A stretch of DNA of 64,000 bases from Balanoglossus misakiensis (lineage: Eukaryota > Animalia > Hemichordata), in contig CM082581.2 in assembly GCA_040954595.2 (NCBI GenBank), positions 8,781,778 through 8,845,777 of the forward strand, read 5' to 3'. This document shows, one piece after another, positions 55,336 to 64,000 of this stretch (within the stretch, counting starts at the first letter, position 1; every line of letters starts with the position of its first letter). The notes beneath the pieces were generated by a model. That model saw nothing but the letters and a program-made list of their open reading frames with translations. It did no database searches and was not told the DNA's origin. The position numbers and the translations under genes are program-made.

Positions 55336-58300
55336 ATGAATTCGTCAGGACTGTTCTGGATTTCCTTCTGTCTTCTTCTTGAAGGTATACCTTTTTGTTG
55401 CGTTTATCGTTTTGGTCATTTCGGATATGTTTCTAAGTTTTCCGCGTCGTTTCTTACATTGTGTATCTGTTAAACCCAGGTGTGCTTAAAAAGTTGGACA
55501 TTCATATTTTGAGATCAGGCAGTGATTGGCCAATATGAATGTTTTGACTGATGACGTACGTACATGTACATGTAGATGGGCTTGTTTAATTTCATAATTT
55601 GTACAGCCCACTGGCGAAGATAGACATCGACTTTATTTTAATTCTATTACGATTATGGTTTTCATAACTTAGGAAACTATGCTTCTGTACACGCACACAC
55701 ATTCATTCCAGAATATGTGTAGCTATCGTGCTCGATTTCCCCAAAGTATATTTCTTTAATCCGCAGTCGATCATGGGCGCGTTTGCACAGAATCGTTTAA
55801 ATGATTTTGGACTAGTCATGACAATATTCGCTGTGTCACAATGGATGTTTTATTTTTATCTGGAATGAAGACTGACCCCCGGGACTGACCTGACCGGGGT
55901 CACTCTTAGTATAGTTTGCAACCCTAGTTGCTGTTAGATAGCTCTCCGGAAATGTAGTCCAGCGGATAACGATGAGATACAGTAATGAGACATTGTTGCT
56001 GTGGATTTTATCAGATTACGGAACTCGTCAAGTCTTTTCACAGGATCGGCGTCTATGCCAGGTCACAACCATGGCGACAGAGGTGAACGGCTCCAATACA
56101 GAGACAACCCGTCAGATGATGACCTGTTGGAAGAAATCGCCACCGTGGTTCGGACCTCCCTTGATGAGTCAATGCCTCTTCTCCAATCTATGACGTCGGA
56201 TCGACTTCCGTTTCCAATGGCCCGTGCAATCTTAACAAATTATGGCGGCAGGGTAGGATAAAATTATAATTGTTTAAAGGGACAAAGTCCCTCTCTCGCT
56301 GTCCCTTTACCATTATGTTTGATTATACAAGATAATGTTTATGTTATTATACATGTGGACATATAGCGAATCAAATTTCGACCACACACAACTTCCATCC
56401 CACTTTTAGACACGAGAGTGAAAAACTCACCAAAATGAACAATCGTCATTTTATTTTCCATTTTTTTAAAGTTGGGATTTGGTGATGCCATGGGGCCCTT
56501 AATCAGAGGCATGGAACAACGGGAAGACTTGGATCAAGCATTGTTATTGTTCATGGAAATGGGAAACGCAATGGGAAACGCGATACTGGAAGGTCTCAAG
56601 AAGCAGAAAGAGGAGAGGACGTATACGTTTCTATTTGACGCCATTTGTAACTGTCCTCTACATTACATGTAAGTTAAATTTATATTGGCGAGATAGCTCA
56701 GTGGCAGACCAACATCCGAAATTAATAACCAGTAGATTCAAGATACATGTATACATGTATCTTGAATCCTGGTTATTAATTTCGGATGTTCTATGAACCG
56801 ATCGAAGAGGCCAATGTCATATATACTTAACAGTAATACATAATTTTATTTATTAAATTTTAGAGAAGACGGTGCCAGTGAGATGAAGGGCTTTTGCATC
56901 GATATTGTTGAAGAAGGTGAGTATTAACCACAAAGATTTGGAAGGAAAAGGGAGAGAAGAAACATTGCACTGTGATTATAAATGCGATATTAGACTGAAC
57001 GTACAGAAGGTTTTCAAGAATATATCCATGGAATGTTTGAGTCTGACTCTAATTGCACTGTCGTCAAAATGTGCATTTCTCATGAAAATACAGATTTTAC
57101 ACGGGTCCGATAGTGAATTATTGTTTCAATTTTGTCTCTCTTTTCTTCATACACAGTCTGCAGGGCAGCCGGTAAAACATGTTTTATTCAGCAAGCACCC
57201 TATGATATGTGCTTTAAAAGTGGCACTGGAGAGCGTCTAGATGGTATTGGAGACGGTAGGTGGCGTGAATGATTTGTCTGACTGAAATATTGCCTATTTT
57301 CCCAGTATATGCATGGATGATGCAAACACAATCAATGGTCTGTAGCACCATACATGTTCATGTGTAATAGCAAGGTCTCTCCAAACCCCTACACAGGTAT
57401 ATCTTCCGGTCAGTACGATGGCTGTATAGCCGCAAACAACCCCGGAGTGACCAATTCAATGGCCCTTACTGATGTGTTTGAACTTTATAGTGGACCGTCC
57501 CGATATTATGTTCCTGTCGGGAACCCGGGAAAATTCAACGCCGACGACATCAGTGGAAAGAAAATAGGTATGTCCCCTTCCACCGTTTCATTACTTGAAT
57601 TCGTAAAAATTTCCCTCCTAGGTTTAAGTCTGTGCTTTATTGAATCCCCAAACGACAACACGGCGAAGCATGTACATGTACAGAGTGACTTAGCTCTGGT
57701 ATGGGAGTCAAGTGGTGGCACTCCCGGTAAAATAAATTTATGGCTGTTGATCATGTTAAGAAATCGAGGAGAAATGTCTCATTTTCGTCACTGCAGTCTT
57801 TGTTGAACTGGTTGCTATCAATAATTTGATATTGTCCCTGTGAAAACAGCGCCGTCATCAATTATTGGGTTTATTCTATTACATACATGTACCTGTATGT
57901 ATGCATCGATTACCTTCGCATCAGCAAAGGGGTTTCATTCTCCATTCTCACACAGGATTTATCAGCGGGTGGCCGAGTAATAGAAACTGCCTGGTCGGAA
58001 ACAAGGTCAACGGGGCCGAAACGCTCGGACCGGAACAAATGCTATATTTTGACTCCACCAGAGAGTTTCTCGCCAGTATGGAGAATAAAAAGGTAAACCG
58101 TGTAGCTGAATGAAAATGCGTTGCTAATTTGTATATATTTTTTAATATTCTTCGAAGCTCAGTAAGTTCATACTAGTATATGGTTTGTGCAGAATACAGT
58201 TCAATGAGTGTAATTATTTGTCACGGCTCGTAACCACAACGACCTATAGCTTTTCACATTTATCTGCTTTTTTTGTTCATCACAAACAGATTGACGCCGC

Positions 58301-59139
58301 CTTCGTGTATCAGACATGGCCCGAGGACGGTGTTGACGACAAAGACCTTGAAATGCTTTCGGGCACACCTGACGGGCTGGAACCGGTCGGTGACGTCATG
58401 TACTGTTTTAACGGCACCCACATTGGTACGCGTAAAGACAGCCCCGTGATCGAATGGTTTAACGCCGGTTTGAAGACGATCATGGAAAGTGGCAAATATG
58501 CTCAGCTGTGTAGGAAGGCACGGACCGAATACGGTAAGTCGCTAAAAGCGGGTGTCACTGTAGGCGAAAGTTCAGAAAAAAACATGTTTTTGAAACATGT
58601 TTTTTTCAAGTTTTTAAAAGCTTCAAAACTGATGCTCGTGTTATTAAAACTTGCTGAGTGTTGTGGTGATGGGAAAGAACAAAACAACGTAATTATATGC
58701 TTTCTTCGCAAGCCCACTGCCGTTCACCGTGTTCGCGGTCCCTAATCGGGTGGGTGCTTTTGGCCGCGTATCATCTTTGCCTTGACTCACATTTTCGATA
58801 TTTTATTTGCGATGGCATTGTTCTAAACACATCAGATTTCTTTTACAATTACTAATACTTCGAGCTGTGTTTAGCCAATGGATTTTTATAAGTCATTAAC
58901 AATATCAATCATACATGCCCGTGTTTTTTTAATTACAGTTATTATCTTGGCTCCGTGAACAACGTATTTTGTTCTCAGTGGTTTCAAGCGAATATGAGGG
59001 TATTGCTATGCATTTGTCCTCACCCCTAGTACTTTTACTTTCTCACTCTGTTAAATGCGCCTCAACGAAAACTAATTGAAACAATTCAATGTATTTTTCC
59101 TTTGTAGGTTCCAAAGGACGAATTGATTGTGTATTTTAA
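55336..59139 (+). CDS. Secreted type-2 periplasmic/solute-binding-protein-like protein (SBP_bac_3 / iGluR-LBD-like fold), copy 1, 9 exons, 396 aa
   Basis: Exons 55336-55384, 56044-56252, 56472-56668, 56864-56916, 57157-57255, 57397-57567, 57956-58092, 58290-58533, 59108-59139. All GT-AG, phases 1,0,2,1,1,1,0,1 are consistent, total 1191 nt. Signal-peptide-like N-terminus MNSSGLFWISFCLLLEGSAS. SBP-like blocks: PLHYIEDGASEMKGFCIDIVEEVC, ISSGQYDG, DDISGKKIGFISG, MENKKIDAAF, RKDSPVIEWFNAGLKTIMESGKYAQL. The exon structure is conserved in copy 2. Confidence 0.85.
56711..56790. repeat. 80-bp near-perfect loopless palindrome in intron 3 of copy 1
   Basis: aacatccgaaattaataaccag(ta)gattcaagatacatgta|tacatgtatcttgaatcctggttattaatttcggatgtt. 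The arms are exact reverse complements except for a 2-nt bulge. Confidence 0.95.
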
Positions 59140-59237
59140 AAAGCGGTCGACATACAGGACAAAGATGATGGATTACTACCCTTTTCATTTCAATGTTCAT
59201 GTAATTAATAGGATTGACACTTTGATACTCTGCTTAG

Positions 59238-59259
59238 AATAAAAATGTGGTTTAATAAA
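59238..59259 (+). terminator. Polyadenylation signals (AATAAA x2) for copy 1
   Basis: AATAAA at 59238-59243 and 59254-59259, about 100 nt after the stop codon; conserved in copy 2. Confidence 0.6.
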
Positions 59260-59318
59260 ACGCATCCCATAGTCTGAATGTTGGGCAGCAGGTAATATCC
59301 AGGGAAGGCGAACGGTGG

Positions 59319-59334
59319 CAGCGCCCCCAAGTGG
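59319..59334 (-). promoter_or_regulatory. Candidate CTCF site upstream of copy 2
   Basis: Reverse complement CCACTTGGGGGCGCTG, one mismatch to the consensus; paralogous to 54981-54996. Confidence 0.4.
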
Positions 59335-59511
59335 TGAAGATGACACACGCCTCAGCATCCGTCTATCTAATGAATTACATTTCGAATTTTGACCGGCTTG
59401 AAATAGTTCAAAGTTTGTGTCTCAACTCGTTTGCATACAATTGGCAGACCTTTCAGTGACCATTTGACGAACGACTCCGTTACACGCGTGTTCCCCGGAC
59501 TCTCGTCGAAC

Positions 59512-62500
59512 ATGAATTCATCAGGACTGTTCTGGATTTCCTTTTGTCTTCTACTTGAAGGTACTTTTGTTGTTTGTGTCGTTTTGGTCATTTTGGATAT
59601 GTTCCGAAGTTGTCAGCGTCGTTAGTAACATCGTTTATCTGTTAAACCTGGGTGTGCTCAAAAAGTCAGACAGTCATATTTTGAGATCAGACGTTCATTG
59701 GCCAATATGAATGTTTTGACTGATAACGTGCGTACATGTACATGTAGATGGACTTGTTTAATTTCATGGCAATATTCGTTATATCACAATGGTCTTTATT
59801 TTTTTTATCTGGAACGAAGACTGACCTGACCGGGGTCACTCTTAGTATAGTTTGCAACCGTAGTTGCTATTAGATAGCTCTCCGGAAATATAGTTCAGCT
59901 GATAACGATGAGATACAGTAATGAGACATTGTTGCTGTGGATTTTATCAGATTACGGAACTCGTCAAGTCTTTTCACAGGATCGGCGTCTATGCAGGGTC
60001 ACAACCATGGCGACATAGGTGAACGGCTCCAATACAGAGACTACCCGTCAGATGATGACCTGTTGGAAGAAATCGCCACCGTGGTTCGGACCTCCCTTGA
60101 TGAGTCAATGCCTCTTCTCCAATCTATGACGTCGGATCGACTTCCGTTTCCAATGGCCCGTGCAATCTTAACAAATTATGGCGGCAGGGTAGGATAAAAT
60201 TATAATTGTTTAAAGGGACAAAGTCTCTCTCTCGCCGTTCTTTTTTCCATTATGTTTGAGACAAGATACTGTTTATGTCATTATACATGTGGATATATAG
60301 CAAATCAAATTTCGACCACACACAACTTCCATCCCACTTTTAGACACGAGAGTGAAAAACTCACCAAAATGAACAATCGACATTTTATTTTCCATTGTTT
60401 AAAAGTTGGGATTTGGTGATGCCATGGGGCCCTTAATCAGAGGCATGGAACAACGGGAAGACTTGGATCAAGCATTGTTGCTGTTCATGGAAATGGGAAA
60501 CGCAATGGGAAACGCGATACTGGAAGGTCTCAAGAAGCAGAAAGAGGAGAGGACGTATACGTTTTTATTTGACGCCATTTGTGACTGTCCACTAATTTAC
60601 GTGTAAGTTAAATATATATTGGCGAGACAGCTCAGCGACCTATCTTGAATCCTGGTTAATTCATTTCGGATGTTCTATGAACCGATCGAAGTGGCCACAT
60701 ACACTTAGTAATATATAATTTTATTTATTAAAATTTAGAGAAGACGGTGCCAGTGAGATGAAGGGCTTTTGCATCGATATTGTTGAAGAAGGTGAGTATT
60801 AACCGCAAAGATTTGATGAATTGATAACATTGAACTGAAGCCAACAAGACGCATGTAATGAGAAATGAGGGAAGAAGCATTGTATTGGGATTATACATGC
60901 GATATACTGAACGCACAGAAGTCTGACTCTAAATGTGCATTTCTCATGAAAATAAAGACAATCTGATTGTACATGGGTCCAAAAGTGAATGATTGTTTCA
61001 ATTTTGTCCCGCTTTTTTCTTCACACACAGTCTGCAGGGCAGCCGGTAAAACATGTTTTATTCAGCAAGCACCCTATGACATGTGCTTTAAAAGTGGCGC
61101 TGGAGAGCGTCTAGATGGCATTGGAGACGGTAGGTGGCGTGAATTATTTGTCTGACTGAAATATTGCCTATTTTCCCAGTATATGCATGGATGATGCAAA
61201 CACAATCAATGGTCTGTAGCACCATACATGTACATCTGTACTTCTGGGGTTAACTACAGTTAAGGGGTTGTTGAGGGGAGATATTTAACCGCCAAATGAA
61301 ATGGAAGGGCTCGGAAATCGGGTTGTGACTCGTGTTTTACAAACCTGTCCCAGAGGGAAGGTCCCGTAGGATGATTTTACAAACATTTGAGTGGACCACA
61401 GCAAAGTATCATTTTGTCATCGCTTATTTCGCCTGTTGTTATAGCAGCATGAGCTTCGATCTATCAACCATGTAATTGCAAGGTCCCTCCAAACTTTTAC
61501 ACAGGTATATCTTCCGGTCAGTTCGATGGCTGTTTAGCCCCAAACAACCCCGGAGTGACCAATTCCATGGCCCTTACTGATGTGTTTGAACTTTATCGTG
61601 GTCCGTCCCGATATTTTGTTCCTGTCGGGAACCCGGGAAAATTCAACGCCGACGACATCAGTGGAAAGAAAATAGGTAAGTCCCCTTCCACCGTTTCATT
61701 ACTTGAATTCGTAAAAATTTCCCTTCCAGGTTTAAGTCTGTGCTTTATTGTATCCCCGAACGACAACACGGCGAAGCATGTACAGAGTGACTTAGCTCTG
61801 GTATGGGAGTCAAGTGGTTGCATTCTCGGTAAAATAAAGATATGGCTGTTAAAAATCGAGGAGAAATGTCTCATTTTCGTCACTGTAGTCTTTGTTCAGA
61901 ACTGGTTGCTATCAATAATTTGATTTTGTTCCCGTGAAAACAGCGCCGTCATCAATTATTGGGTTTATTCTATTACATACCTGTATGTATGCATCGATTA
62001 CCTTCGCATCAGCAAAGAGGTTTCATTCTCCATTCTCACACAGGATTTATCAGCGGGTGGCCGAGTAATAGAAACTGCCTGGTCCGAAACAAGGTCAACG
62101 GGGCCGAAACGCTCCGACCGGAACAAATGATATATTTTGACTCCACCAGAGAGTTTCTCGCCAGTATGGAGAATAAAAAGGTAAACCGTGTAGCTGAATG
62201 AAAATGCGTTGCTAATTTGTATATATTTTTTAATATTCTTCGAAGCTCAGTAAGTTCATACTAGTATATGGTTTGTGCAGAATACAGTTCAATGAGTGTA
62301 ATTGTTTGTCACGGCTCGTAACCACAACGACTTATAGCTTTTCACATTTGTCTGCTTTTTTGTTCATCACAAACAGATTGACGCCGCCTTCGTGTATCAG
62401 ACATGGCCCGAGGACGGTGTTGACGACAAAGACCTTGAGATGCTTGCGGGCACACCGGACGGGCTGGAACCGGTCGGTGACGTCATGTACTGTTTTAACG

Positions 62501-63204
62501 GCACCCACATTGGTACGCGTAAAGACAGCCCCGTAATCGAATGGTTTAACGCCGGTTTGAAGACGATCATGGAAAGTGGCAAATATGCTCAGCTGTGTAG
62601 GAAGGCACGGACCGAATACGGTAAGTCGCTAAAAGCGGGTGTCACTGTAGGCGAAAGTTCAGAAAAAAACATGTAGTCAAGTTTTTGAAAGCTTCAAAAC
62701 TGATGCTCGTGTTATTAAAACTTGCTGAGTGTTGTGGTGATGGGAAAGAACAAAACAACGTAATTATATGCTTTCTTCGCAAGCCCACTGCCGTTCACCG
62801 TGTTCGCGGTCCCTAATCGGGTGGGTGCTTTTGGCCGCGTATCATTTTTGCCTTGACTCACATTTTCGATGTTTTATTTGCGATGGCATTGTTCTAAACA
62901 CATCAGATTTCTTTTACAATTACTTCGAGCTGTGTTTAGCCAATGGATTTTTATAAGTCATTAACAATATCAATCATACATGCCCGTGTTTTTTTAATTA
63001 CAGTTAGTATCTCGGCTCCGTGAACAACGTATTTTGTTCTCAGTGGTTTCAAGCGAATATGAGGGTATTGCTATGCATTTGTCCCCACCCCTAGTACTTT
63101 TACGTTCTCACTCTGTTAAATGCGCCTCAACGAAAACTAATTGAAAGAATTCACTGTATTTTTTCTTTGTAGGTTCCAAAGGACGAATTGATTGTGTATT
63201 TTAA
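59512..63204 (+). CDS. Secreted type-2 periplasmic/solute-binding-protein-like protein, copy 2 (tandem paralog), 9 exons, 396 aa
   Basis: Exons 59512-59560, 59980-60188, 60406-60602, 60739-60791, 61031-61129, 61505-61675, 62044-62180, 62377-62620, 63173-63204. Exon lengths and phases are identical to copy 1 and the frame is intact. About 16 amino-acid differences by manual comparison. Confidence 0.85.
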
Positions 63205-63302
63205 AAAGCGGTCGACATACAGGACAAGGATGATGGATTACTTCCCATTTCAGTTCAATGTTCATGTAATTAATATGATTGACACTTTGATACTCTGCTT
63301 AG

Positions 63303-63324
63303 AATAAAAATGTGGTTTAATAAA
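63303..63324 (+). terminator. Polyadenylation signals (AATAAA x2) for copy 2
   Basis: AATAAA at 63303-63308 and 63319-63324. Confidence 0.6.
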
Positions 63325-63467
63325 ACGCATCCCATAGTCTGAATATGGTTACAGAAAAAGTGTGTGAGTTCTTTTTTACATTTATCACTATTTTTTTGAC
63401 ATGTGAAAAATGTCCAAAAATGACAAAATCACCATAGTTCGCAAAGTCCGGAAATTGTCATTTCTTG

Positions 63468-64000
63468 AAAAAAGCATGGGTTATAGCTCATGAAAATCAT
63501 CCAAAAATGACAATTTTTCGACTTTCCGAGATATCAAAATTTCTTCATTTTTTCGAAAAAAGCATGGGTTATAGCTCATGAAAATCATCCAAAAATGACA
63601 ATTTTTCGACTTTCCGAGATATCAAAATTTCTTCATTTTTTCGAAAAAAGCATGGGTTATAGCTCATGAAAATCATCCAAAAATGACAATTTTTCGACTT
63701 TCCTAGATATCAAAATTTCTTCATTTTTTCGAAAAAAGCATGGGTTATAGCTCATGAAAATCATCCAAAAATGACAATTTTTCGACTTTCCGAGATATCA
63801 AAATTTCTTCATTTTTTCGTAAAAAGCATGGGTTATAGCTCATGAAAATCATCCAAAAATGACAATTTTTCGACTTTCCGAGATATCAAAATTTCTTCAT
63901 TTTTTCGAAAAAAGCATGGGTTATAGCTCATGAAAATCATCCAAAAATGAAAATTTTTCGACTTTCCGAGATATCAAAATTTCTTCATTTTTTCGAAAAA
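63468..64000. repeat. 88-bp AT-rich tandem satellite/minisatellite, 6 full monomers, continues beyond the window
   Basis: Monomer aaaaaagcatgggttatagctcatgaaaatcatccaaaaatgacaatttttcgactttccgagatatcaaaatttcttcattttttcg. The gcatggg motif recurs at 63474, 63562, 63650, 63738, 63826 and 63914. Only about 3 substitutions across the copies. Confidence 0.97.

Larger units (their letters stand above)
54972..63344 (+). repeat. Tandem segmental duplication: unit 1 ~54972-59279, unit 2 ~59310-63344
   Basis: Homology runs from gaacggt..cag(t/c)gccc..caagtggtgaagatga upstream of each gene to cccatagtctgaat past each poly(A) signal, including introns, with several unit-specific indels. Confidence 0.93.

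Noticed and set aside
56687-56708. tRNA gene from an A-box-like sequence (also a B-box-like gttcgagtcc near 18807)
   Set aside because: No partner box or cloverleaf; at most SINE-derived debris.
55336-63204. SBP-like genes as bacterial contamination
   Set aside because: Each has eight spliceosomal GT-AG introns and AATAAA signals, and both are contiguous with an intron-containing SLC16 gene.
63468-64000. Regular repeat array as a CRISPR array
   Set aside because: Monomers are head-to-tail and near-identical with no unique spacers; the context is eukaryotic and there are no cas genes.

Overview
Eukaryotic (metazoan) genomic DNA, most plausibly from a marine invertebrate; the taxon is a guess from gene content and sequence style. 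Positions 1-~49,000 contain no gene I can support, only microsatellites, a 135-bp tandem duplication, a decayed Penelope-like RT fragment and a small TIR element. The last 14 kb hold three spliced genes reconstructed by hand with GT-AG junctions and consistent phases. One is a 5-exon SLC16/MCT-family transporter on the minus strand. Head-to-head with it are two tandem ~4-kb copies of a 9-exon gene encoding a 396-aa secreted protein with a type-2 periplasmic-binding (SBP_bac_3 / iGluR ligand-binding-domain-like) fold and no membrane segments. The window ends in an 88-bp satellite. The main lead is this secreted, intron-containing solute-binding-protein pair, with a remodelled Cys-rich pocket, beside a solute transporter. 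A second lead is paralog-level evidence that the abundant TACATGTA octamer is a Tc1/mariner-type excision scar. All alignments and counts were done by eye, with no database searches.
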